NCBI GenBank assembly: GCA_964534375.1
Contig: CAZHPN010000054.1
Coordinates: 1 to 33,111 of the forward strand
Length of the DNA stretch: 33,111 nt
Direction: 5' to 3'
Source: an uncultured bacterium
Lineage (GTDB): Bacteria > Lernaellota > Lernaellaia > Lernaellales > Lernaellaceae
Positions 25,178-33,111 of the stretch are shown in pieces (the first letter of the stretch is position 1; every line of letters begins with the position of its first letter). The position numbers and the translations under genes were made by a program. The notes below the pieces were generated by a model. It was not told the origin of the DNA and ran no database searches. It saw nothing but the letters and a program-made list of their open reading frames with translations.

Positions 25178-28100
25178 TCAGTTCGCGGGTTGTTCGTCCG
25201 GAATGAGTTTCACGCTGACCATCCGCGACACGCCTTTCTCCTGCATGGTCACGCCAAAGAGCGAATCGGCGACTTCCATCGTCGATTTGTTGTGCGTGAT
25301 CAGCAGCACCTGGCTGTGCGCGGCCATTTGCTCGACCAGTTCGTTGAACCGGAAAATATTGGCGTCGTCGAGCGGCGCATCGACCTCGTCGAGCACGCAG
25401 AACGGGCTCGGCTTGACCAGGAAGATCGAGAAAATCAGGCCGATCGACGCCAGCGCCTTCTCGCCGCCGGAGAGCAGCGTGACGTTGGTCAATTTTTTGC
25501 CCGGCGGGCGGATGACGATGTCGATGCCGGATTCGAGCGGGTCGTCCGGTTCGGTCAGCACGAGTTTGGCGCTGCCGCCGCCGAACAGCACCGGCATCAC
25601 CTCGGCGAACTTGTGACTGACCAGTTCGAAGGTCTCGATGAACCGTTCCTTGCTGGTCTTGTTGATCTTGGCGATGGCCGTTTTCAATTCCGCGATCGCG
25701 TTTTCGAGGTCGGCCTTCTGCGTTTCGTAGTGATCGCACCGCTGCTTCTGCTCGGCGTACTCCTCGACGGCGTTCGGGTTCACCTCGCCCATTTGCGTGA
25801 TGCGGCCGCCGATTTCCTGCGCGCGCGTGCGCAACGCCTCGGTGTCCATCTCGGCTTCGTCGGCCGCCGCCGGCAGGTCGGCCAGTTCGACCTGATACTT
25901 CTCTCGCATTTTCTCGGCGAGATGTTCGCGTTTGAGCGACAGTTGCGACGCCGTCAGGTCGGCGGAATGGATCTCGCGCTCGTAGCCGTCGAGGTCGCGG
26001 CGCAACAGCTTGAGGTCGGACTCGGCGCGATCGACCGCCGCGATCTGCTCGTCCACGCCCTCGCGCACGCCGACCGCTTCGCGTTCGCCCTCTTCCAACG
26101 CCTGGATTTTTTCCGTCAGGCCCTGCGTGATGACGCCGATCGCCTCGCGATGCTTCTCCTGCGTTTCGCGGGATTGTTCAATCTGCTCGAAGCGTTTGGC
26201 GACCAGCGCCGCCGCCTCGTCCTTCGCGTGCAGCCGGCTGTCGCGGCGGGCCGCGGCGTTGCGTTGCTCCTGCCGCAGGTTGTTGACCAGCAGCATCGCC
26301 TCGGCGACGAATTTCTGGCAGCCGTCGATTTCGCTGGCGAGCGCGATCTGCGCCGCGGTTTTTTCGTCGGCGGCGTGGCGCGCGGCGTGCAACGCGCGGT
26401 TGATTTCGTCCAACTCGACTTGCTCGGCCGCGTTGCGCTGTTCGCGTTCCAGCACCCGTGCGGCGAGATCCTGCGCCTGCGCCGCCAGCGCGGTTTTTTC
26501 GGCGCGGAGCCGGTCGAACTCGAGCGTCGCCCGCCGCAACTCGCCGCTGGTTTCGGACATCGCAATGCGATTGTCGTCGAGCAGCTTTTGCGTCCGGACG
26601 ATGACCTCCTGCAACCGGGCAACCATGCCTTCGTGCGCGAAAAAATCGCCTTCGGCCTTTTTGAAGGCGACTTCGAGTTGCGCCACCTGCTCGGTCAGTT
26701 CGGCGATCTCGCGTTTTTTCTGCAGCAGGCCGCTGGCGACCGCATCCACCTGGCCGCCGGTGATCGTGCCCGAGTTGTCGACGACTTCGCCGTCGAGGGT
26801 CACAAACGCGCCGACGTAGCCGTTTTCCTTGTGCAGGCGAACGGCGGTCGCGAGGTCTTCGACGACCAGCACGTTCTCGATCAACGCCTCGGCGGCCTGC
26901 TGATACTCCGGGTCGACGCGGACCATGTGCGAAAGCCGGCCGAGCGTCTGGTTGACCGTGTGCTCGGGCGGCTCGGCCTGATCGGCGCGGCGCGGCTGCT
27001 GCGGCACGAACGAACCGCGGCCCGCTTTTTCCGCTTTGAGAAAATCGGACGCGACGGCGCCGGCGTCCTGATCGGCGACGACGACCGCCTGCAGGCGTTC
27101 GCCGAGCACCGCTTCCAGCGCGGTTTCGAACTCTTCGTCGATTTCGATTTTTTCGGCCAGCACGCCGAGGATCGCTTCGCTGGAGCCGTTGAGCGCGCCG
27201 TTCTCCTGGCGCGCGACTTCCATGATCTTCCGCACGCCGTACTGGTAGCCCTCGAGGTTGCGCCGCATCTCGTCGAGGCTCTCCAGCCGAACCCGCGCCT
27301 TGTCGTACGCGTCGCGCGCGGCTTGGAATTTCTCGCGCCGGTTCTCGGCGTCGACGCGCAAATTCGCCTGGCGCGCCTTCTTGTCGGCGAGTTCGGCTTC
27401 CGCCCCGCCGCGTTCTTCCTGCAGCGCCGCGAGTTTGACGCGCAGCGCCTCGCCCTCCGTCGCCGCGGCGGCCGCCGCGATGTCGATCGCCGCCTGCCGC
27501 GTTTCGTTGGCCGTGCGCTGGGCGCGCTGCGCGACGAGATTTTCTTCGTTGCTTTGCACGGCGCGGTCGAGCGAGGCCTGCCGGCCGGCGAGCCGGAGCA
27601 ATTCGTGGCGCGCCGCTTCGGCGGTTTTGTCGAGTTCCTGCCGGCGGGCTTGCGCCTCGCGCAACTTCTGCTGGCGCGCGGCGAGTTCGGCCTCGGCGGT
27701 TTGCGCCTTCGCGCCGAGCGTTTCAATTTCCTTGGCGGCGAGGGCGGCGTCTTGCTCGAGCGCGGCGATGCGTTCGCGCGCGGCGTCGACCTCTTCCGTC
27801 CAGAGGTTGACCTGCGTTTCGAGGTGGTCGATGTCGCGCGTCAGCAGGTCGCGCCGCGATTCGTCGTCGCGCACGCGCGCGCGCAGCCCGGCGACTTTTT
27901 CCGCCGCCAGGGCGATCGCCTTTTCGTGTTCGAGCACGTCGAGCCGCAAGGCGGCCAGGCGCGCGTCTTCCGCCTCGAGTTTGCTGGCGGCGCTCTGCTT
28001 GAGGTCGCCCAGGCGCACGACGGTTTCCTGAATCTGCTGCGCCTGTTTGGCGAGCAGCACCTGCTCGCGCGCGGCCAGTTCCAGGTCGAGTTCTTTCAAC

Positions 28101-28771
28101 TCGGCCTTCAGCTCGTGGTAGCGCTGCGCCTTCGCCGCCTGGCGCTGGAGGCTGGCGACCGAGCGTTTGATTTCGAAGATGACGTCGTTGACGCGCGCGA
28201 GGTTGGTCTGCGTCGCCTCGATTTTCCGCAACGCTTCTTCCCGCTTCACGCGATACTTGCTGATGCCCGCCGCCTCTTCGATCAGCACGCGGCGGTCGAG
28301 CGGCTTGGCGGAAATCACCTTGGCGATCTGGCCTTGCTCGATGATCGAGTAAGCGCGCGAGCCGATGCCCGTGTCGAGAAACAGATCGACAATGTCTTTG
28401 AGGCGGCACGGCCGGCGGTTGATCATGTATTCCGACTCGCCCGAGCGGAACAGCCGCCGCGTGACCTGAATTTCGGTCATTCCCTCGTAACCGGTCGGAA
28501 ACACACCGTCTTCGCAGGAAAAAATCACCGAGACCTGGGCCATGCCCATCGGCTTGCGCAAGTCGGAACCGTTGAAAATGACGTCCTGCATCTCGGAGCC
28601 GCGCAGGCTCTTGGCGCTCATTTCGCCCATCACCCAGCGAATCGCGTCGACGATGTTGCTCTTGCCGCACCCGTTCGGACCGACAATCCCGCTGATGCCT
28701 TCTTCGAAGGTCAGGCGGGTCTTGTCGACAAACGACTTAAAACCGACAAGTTCGATTTCTTTGATTCGCAT
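25178..28771 (-). CDS. smc: Chromosome segregation protein SMC
   Basis: GFKSF, Walker A GPNGCGKSN, long coiled coils, a hinge (VTLDGEVV...TITGG), signature LSGGEK and Walker B/D-loop LDEVDAPLD. The ATG at 28771 follows an aagga RBS. Confidence 0.97.
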   Translation of the reverse strand: MRIKEIELVGFKSFVDKTRLTFEEGISGIVGPNGCGKSNIVDAIRWVMGEMSAKSLRGSEMQDVIFNGSDLRKPMGMAQVSVIFSCEDGVFPTGYEGMTEIQVTRRLFRSGESEYMINRRPCRLKDIVDLFLDTGIGSRAYSIIEQGQIAKVISAKPLDRRVLIEEAAGISKYRVKREEALRKIEATQTNLARVNDVIFEIKRSVASLQRQAAKAQRYHELKAELKELDLELAAREQVLLAKQAQQIQETVVRLGDLKQSAASKLEAEDARLAALRLDVLEHEKAIALAAEKVAGLRARVRDDESRRDLLTRDIDHLETQVNLWTEEVDAARERIAALEQDAALAAKEIETLGAKAQTAEAELAARQQKLREAQARRQELDKTAEAARHELLRLAGRQASLDRAVQSNEENLVAQRAQRTANETRQAAIDIAAAAAATEGEALRVKLAALQEERGGAEAELADKKARQANLRVDAENRREKFQAARDAYDKARVRLESLDEMRRNLEGYQYGVRKIMEVARQENGALNGSSEAILGVLAEKIEIDEEFETALEAVLGERLQAVVVADQDAGAVASDFLKAEKAGRGSFVPQQPRRADQAEPPEHTVNQTLGRLSHMVRVDPEYQQAAEALIENVLVVEDLATAVRLHKENGYVGAFVTLDGEVVDNSGTITGGQVDAVASGLLQKKREIAELTEQVAQLEVAFKKAEGDFFAHEGMVARLQEVIVRTQKLLDDNRIAMSETSGELRRATLEFDRLRAEKTALAAQAQDLAARVLEREQRNAAEQVELDEINRALHAARHAADEKTAAQIALASEIDGCQKFVAEAMLLVNNLRQEQRNAAARRDSRLHAKDEAAALVAKRFEQIEQSRETQEKHREAIGVITQGLTEKIQALEEGEREAVGVREGVDEQIAAVDRAESDLKLLRRDLDGYEREIHSADLTASQLSLKREHLAEKMREKYQVELADLPAAADEAEMDTEALRTRAQEIGGRITQMGEVNPNAVEEYAEQKQRCDHYETQKADLENAIAELKTAIAKINKTSKERFIETFELVSHKFAEVMPVLFGGGSAKLVLTEPDDPLESGIDIVIRPPGKKLTNVTLLSGGEKALASIGLIFSIFLVKPSPFCVLDEVDAPLDDANIFRFNELVEQMAAHSQVLLITHNKSTMEVADSLFGVTMQEKGVSRMVSVKLIPDEQPAN

Positions 28772-28882
28772 GCAGCATTCCTTTGACGAAAACCCCAAGG
28801 CCGCGTTGGCAATTTCGTAGCACACGCGGCCCGCGAAGTCAAAAGCTAAATCGCAAGGAATTGAGGGCGGCCGGACCCCGGC

Positions 28883-28898
28883 ACACTACATCTTGTGT
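28883..28898. promoter_or_regulatory. NrdR-box-like palindrome upstream of smc
   Basis: ACACTACATCTTGTGT compared with the NrdR consensus acaCwAtATaTwGtgt. It lies in the divergent intergenic region about 110 bp upstream of the smc start. Confidence 0.55.
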
Positions 28899-29114
28899 GT
28901 CCGAGTCCTGCGCCTCTCAGTTCCTCTCGCCCCAGTGGGGCCGCGTCAAAAACTCGATTTTCATCCCCCGGTTTTTAGGCTAAGATGACGCCCCATGTTA
29001 GGCAAGCTTTCAGCGCGCGCGAAATCGGCGGACGCGAACGCTGCCCGGCGGGAAGCCGCCGCCCGGCGGCTTGTTTATAGTTAAAATAACCACCGCGCCG
29101 CACTAGGAGATCCA

Positions 29115-30524
29115 TTGGCCGAAAGCAAACCTTCCGCGCCGGCCCGGCGGTACGAATTGGACTTTCTGCGCGGCGTGGCCTTGATCGTGATGACGATGGG
29201 GCACCCCTTGCGGTCGAATTCGCTCGGCCCGCACCTGGATTTCATCCGCTATCATTACAACATCTACGGCGAGTTGTTCTCGGCGTTTTTCATGTTCATG
29301 TCCGCGATCAACGTGACCAACTTCATCGAGTCGGCCAAACGGCAGCCCGATCTCGACCCGACGCGCTTTTACATCAAGAGCAGCGTCGTCCTGTTTTTGA
29401 TGGGCTTCTCGTACAACATGTGCGTGGGCACTTTCGCCTTCATCGACATCATCCAGGCGATCGCGATCGGGACGCTGTTCACCTACCTGCTGCTGCGTTG
29501 GCGCACGCCGACCTGGGGCTACGCGGCGATCACGATCGGCTTGTTCGCGCTCGGTTGGCGGCTGGTCGGCACGGGGCCTGTCACCGACGAAACCTTCGCC
29601 CGCCTCGGCCGCCTGCATTATTTCGTGGCGCTCTTCGGGCCGCTGCCGTGGCTGGCGTTTTTCGCCTACGGAATTTTGATCGACCGCATTCCGCGAGGAA
29701 AGTGGGAGTTGGTCGCGATTCCGGCGTTTTTCGCCATGTTCGTCGCGGCGCACTGGCTGCCGGAACTGGGCGGCGACCGCAACATGGTGGTGTTGCTGAA
29801 GGTCAATTACCGTTATGTCTTCATGAACTGCGGCTTGATGCCGGCGATGTTCCTCGCGGCCCGGCGCTGGTACCGCTCGCGCTCGGCGCTCGGGAAGATG
29901 ATCGAATCGTGGGGCGTGGAAAGCCTGGTGTTCCTGATTTTCCATTGGGGCGTCATCTTGCTATTGTCGCCGCTGGCCACCGCCATCCGCTCGAAATGGG
30001 GCGATACGCCGGCCGCTTGGACGCATTCCGTTCTGACGCTGCTGATCATGGCGAAGCTCGTGCAGGTCGTCGCGCGGAAGCGCAACCAGTGGTTGAAATC
30101 CCCGAAATTCGGCCGCCGGGCCTGGGGCGTCTATATCGGCGCCCTGGCGTTGTGGCTTGCCTCGATGGGCAAATTCGCGTTCACGGCCCTGCTGGGCCAG
30201 GACATGCTGACCAGCGGCGCCGAGTTGCTCGGCATCGATGGCGCCGCCGGCTTTGCGGGCCGGGCCGTGGCCGCGTTCGGCGCGGGCCCGGGCCACGCCG
30301 CGGCGGCCGCGGCGGCGGCGCAGTCGACCGCGTTGATTTCGGCGGTGCGGCTCACGGCGGTCACCATGGCCGCCCAGGCGACAGCGGCGCGCATGATTTC
30401 GATGTTCGCGGCGTTCTTGTCGGCCGCGGCGTTCTGCTTTCTGTACCCGTACGTGCGCGCGCGCATCCGGCAGACATCGATGCGGAGGCGCCCGTCGCCG
30501 CCCGCGGCCGCGCCGGGCGCGTGA
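29115..30524 (+). CDS. Polytopic membrane protein, DUF1624/HGSNAT-like (acyltransferase-3 superfamily)
   Basis: aggaga RBS before a TTG. N-terminal RYELDFLRGVALIVMTMGH motif, DIIQAIA and PLPWLAFFAYG, with many transmembrane helices. Confidence 0.75.
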   Translation: MAESKPSAPARRYELDFLRGVALIVMTMGHPLRSNSLGPHLDFIRYHYNIYGELFSAFFMFMSAINVTNFIESAKRQPDLDPTRFYIKSSVVLFLMGFSYNMCVGTFAFIDIIQAIAIGTLFTYLLLRWRTPTWGYAAITIGLFALGWRLVGTGPVTDETFARLGRLHYFVALFGPLPWLAFFAYGILIDRIPRGKWELVAIPAFFAMFVAAHWLPELGGDRNMVVLLKVNYRYVFMNCGLMPAMFLAARRWYRSRSALGKMIESWGVESLVFLIFHWGVILLLSPLATAIRSKWGDTPAAWTHSVLTLLIMAKLVQVVARKRNQWLKSPKFGRRAWGVYIGALALWLASMGKFAFTALLGQDMLTSGAELLGIDGAAGFAGRAVAAFGAGPGHAAAAAAAAQSTALISAVRLTAVTMAAQATAARMISMFAAFLSAAAFCFLYPYVRARIRQTSMRRRPSPPAAAPGA

Positions 30525-30599
30525 GCTTCCATATTTCGCAAATTGGACGGCCGTTGGCGTGGCGTGCAGGAGCGTCCCGTGTCATTGCGAGATAGCCCG

Positions 30600-32792
30600 A
30601 TGACCGAAACTCACGCGCCCGTTCGCGAGGAAGAACCGGAAAAGGGACATCTCCGGCTGTGGATCTTTCTGGCCGCGGCGTGGCTGCTGGTTTACGCCTA
30701 TCGCTTCGTCCTCTACGGCGATTTCGAACGGGATGAAATCGGGAATTCGTATTTCACCGTCGCGCTGCTCGACGGCATAGCGCATTCGGCGGCGCATTAC
30801 CAATACGGCGCGAGCCACGGGTCGCTGGTCTACGGCGCGCTGTTGACGCCGATCTTTTACCTGGCCGGCTCGCGCCTGCTGTGGATCAAGCTGCTCGGCG
30901 CGCTGTTCGTCGCCGGGGGGTTGGCGCTGTGGACGCACAACCTGAATCGCGCCTTCGGTTTCGCCCCCGCCGCGCTGTTCGCGCTTTTTTGCATCGTGCC
31001 GCCGCCTTTTTTCGAGTGGAGCATGCACTGCGCCTTTTGGGGCAACCACCTGGAAAGCATCTTTTTCTCCGGGTTGCTCTTTTTTCTGTTTTTGCGTTTT
31101 CGCCACGACGCGCCGACCGCGATGTCCAACGCCGTCTTCTGGTTGCTGGCCGGGTTCGCCTGTTTTTTCTGCCTGCAAAACGTGCCGCTGGCGATCGCTT
31201 TCGCGTTCGCCTTCGCCTGGAAATGGCCGGGGCGCACCGCGGTCCGGCTGCTCGCGCCCGGCGCGGTGTTTTTCTTCCTGGCGTTTTCGCCGCATTTCTT
31301 CATGCGCGGCATCGGCGTCGACCTGCCCGCCGAGCCGCAGGTGGCGCGCGTCGGGACGAAACTGTCGGCTTTGCTGTTCGAGCACCTGCCGATCGCGGCG
31401 GGTTATGACGCCGCCCGCGCGCCCGTGGTCCAGTCGATCCTGCTCGCGCTCGCCAGGCCGGCTCGCCATTTCGAGTTGGAGAATTTCGCCGGCCGCGTGC
31501 TCACGCAGCCGCCGCTCATGTCGCTGGCGTTCTTCGGCCTGGCCGTCGCCGGCATCGTCCTGGTGGCGTCGCCCGCGCTTCGCCGCGCCAAAGCCCGCGA
31601 GTCGTGGTTTTGCCGGGTGCTGTTGCTGTACGGGTCGGCGTGGTTGCTGCTGTACGGCTTGTCGCGGACACAGTTCGATTTTCGCGGCGGGATCAACCCG
31701 CGCAAGTACATGATCGGCTTTATGGCCGACCGCTATCTGCTGCCGATCTTCCCGCTCTTGCTGACCTTCGTCTGCGTCCGCGTGACGCGTTTCTCCCGCG
31801 GCGTCCGCGCGCTGGCGGCCGGGGCGCTGCTCGCGTCCGGCCTGCTGCACCTCGCGGCGTATCATCCGGGCGCGCCCGACGGTCTCGCGGATAAATGGCG
31901 CAACCTGATGAGCCGGCGTGGCGACGACTACCGCGAGATCATCGGGTGCGGCTTCGATTACGACTGGGCGATCCGGCCCGATGCGGTGAGCCTGGAGATC
32001 GGCCGGCTGCCGCAGCGCTGGCAGGATGCCGCGTGGACGATGTACGGCGCGAAAGAGGCGATGCAAAGCTATGTGGACCGCAAGTTCGACGAATCGTTGT
32101 GGCCGCCGGCCATTCGCGAGCGGCTCGTCGCCGGCGAAGGCGCGACTCTCGGCCGCGACATTTTCGCCTTGTGGTATTTGCACGATCCGCCGCGCCGCGG
32201 GCGCATCGACAAGGTCGTGGCGCGCGTCGCCGGCTTCGACAAAACCCTGGCCGAGCGCTTTGCCGAAGGAATCGGCGAAGGCATTTTTTTCACGGCCATG
32301 ATCAGCTACCGGCAAGCCCGGATCGTCGCCTGTTCCACCGGCGTGGGGCCGCCCGCGAGCGACGACGACTGCTTCAAGCCGCTGGACCTGCACGATTGGC
32401 GAACCCGTGTTCCGCAACTCTCGGCCGACGAATTTTATGTCGCGTTTCTGCGCGGCGCCGGGCGCGGCCTCTGGCGCCACGTCGCGCCCTGGGAAGGCAG
32501 CCGCGCCCCGGCCGGGCCGGCGAAACAGCCGTGGACCGCGGACGACACCCGCCGTTTTTGCGAGTACTGGGCGGCCGCATTGCATACCACCGCGGCGCCG
32601 CTCGCCGTCGAGTCGTTCCGTCGCGGGTTCAGCGAAGGCCGGGCCGATTACTTGATTCGCACCGCGCGCCGCTTCGTCTTCACCGACCAGGCCGACGATC
32701 TGCCGGCGCTGCGCGACGCGCTGGCCGCGCGCCATGTCGGCCTGCGGCCGACGAACAAGCGGCCGAATGAATACGCGTTGGATAGTCTGTAG
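30600..32792 (+). CDS. Membrane protein, possible GT-C (ArnT/PMT-like) glycosyltransferase with a soluble C-terminal domain
   Basis: The first TM helix is followed by an acidic DFERDE loop. There are about 11 hydrophobic segments, a WGNHLES motif and a DRYLLP motif, then a ~280 aa hydrophilic tail. Confidence 0.55.
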   Translation: MTETHAPVREEEPEKGHLRLWIFLAAAWLLVYAYRFVLYGDFERDEIGNSYFTVALLDGIAHSAAHYQYGASHGSLVYGALLTPIFYLAGSRLLWIKLLGALFVAGGLALWTHNLNRAFGFAPAALFALFCIVPPPFFEWSMHCAFWGNHLESIFFSGLLFFLFLRFRHDAPTAMSNAVFWLLAGFACFFCLQNVPLAIAFAFAFAWKWPGRTAVRLLAPGAVFFFLAFSPHFFMRGIGVDLPAEPQVARVGTKLSALLFEHLPIAAGYDAARAPVVQSILLALARPARHFELENFAGRVLTQPPLMSLAFFGLAVAGIVLVASPALRRAKARESWFCRVLLLYGSAWLLLYGLSRTQFDFRGGINPRKYMIGFMADRYLLPIFPLLLTFVCVRVTRFSRGVRALAAGALLASGLLHLAAYHPGAPDGLADKWRNLMSRRGDDYREIIGCGFDYDWAIRPDAVSLEIGRLPQRWQDAAWTMYGAKEAMQSYVDRKFDESLWPPAIRERLVAGEGATLGRDIFALWYLHDPPRRGRIDKVVARVAGFDKTLAERFAEGIGEGIFFTAMISYRQARIVACSTGVGPPASDDDCFKPLDLHDWRTRVPQLSADEFYVAFLRGAGRGLWRHVAPWEGSRAPAGPAKQPWTADDTRRFCEYWAAALHTTAAPLAVESFRRGFSEGRADYLIRTARRFVFTDQADDLPALRDALAARHVGLRPTNKRPNEYALDSL

Positions 32793-32867
32793 AACGGTTT
32801 CCCGCGACGCGGTTGTCAATTGACGATCAGGTCAAACTGAGCGACCCCGCTTCTGACTTATCGCTTC

Positions 32868-33111
32868 TCAGCACCCGCAGCCGCTTTTGCTGCCGCTGCC
32901 GCGCTTGGCGCCCCCTCCGGGCGAGGCGTCGTCGTCGGTTGAGTCATCATCGGCCGATGTGTCGTCATCGGGCGAAGCGTCATCGTCAACCATGTCGTCG
33001 TCGGGCGAGGCGTCATCGTCGGGCGAGGCGTCATCATCGGGCGAGATGTCGTCATCCGGCGAGGCGTCGTCATCGGGCGAGATGTCGTCATCCGGCGAGG
33101 CGTCGTCGTCG
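32868..33111 (-). CDS. C-terminal fragment of a protein ending in (DDDxSP)n-GGGAKRGSGSKSGCGC-stop
   Basis: Translated by hand from 33110 on the minus strand: DDDASPDDDISPDDDASPDDDISPDDDASPDDDASPDDDMVDDDASPDDDTSADDDSTDDDASPGGGAKRGSGSKSGCGC*. The TGA is at 32870-32868. This frame is not in the ORF track because it has no start in the window. Confidence 0.8.
   Translation of the reverse strand, partial: DDDASPDDDISPDDDASPDDDISPDDDASPDDDASPDDDMVDDDASPDDDTSADDDSTDDDASPGGGAKRGSGSKSGCGC

Noticed and set aside
19826..28786. Long ORFs 19826-21778, 21022-23421, 22788-25739 (-) and 24644-28786 (+)
   Set aside because: They lie antisense to well-supported stressosome genes and smc, with no recognisable domains.
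30582..32819. 745-aa minus-strand ORF
   Set aside because: It is the shadow of the plus-strand membrane protein, which has a coherent TM pattern.
32858..33091. 77-aa ORF MTTSRPMTTPRR...
   Set aside because: It is an off-frame reading of the Asp-repeat codons. The DDDxSP...GCGC frame matches the linker seen in the LamG lipoprotein.

Overview
GC-rich bacterial chromosomal window with lipoproteins, BamD and SMC; it looks deltaproteobacteria-like, but that taxonomy is only an inference. In order, it holds: the 3' end of a GspE/PilB ATPase; a GT4 glycosyltransferase; a lower-GC DUF2075/Schlafen-like nuclease-helicase overlapping an addB-addA pair; an Asp/Cys-rich LamG lipoprotein; a bamD-lipoprotein-TPR operon; a membrane M28 peptidase; two Pro/Ala-rich lipoproteins; a PAP2 phosphatase; a gene-free stretch with DnaA boxes, an IHF site and an AT-rich core; a secreted lipoprotein; a complete stressosome operon (rsbR with 3 PAS domains, rsbS, rsbT, an rsbT-rsbX fusion, a hybrid kinase); smc with an upstream NrdR-like box; two membrane proteins; and the Asp-repeat/GCGC-stop tail of a truncated gene. 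The signals least explained by these genes are (i) several distinct 7-nt and 9-nt tandem-repeat elements plus a REP doublet around addAB. Most are fold-backs, and one is translated in frame inside addB. Also unexplained are (ii) the orphan DnaA-box/IHF locus, (iii) the nuclease-helicase coupled to addB, and (iv) a stressosome wired to a hybrid kinase rather than a SigB cascade. All calls come from reading motifs by eye; no database searches were run.
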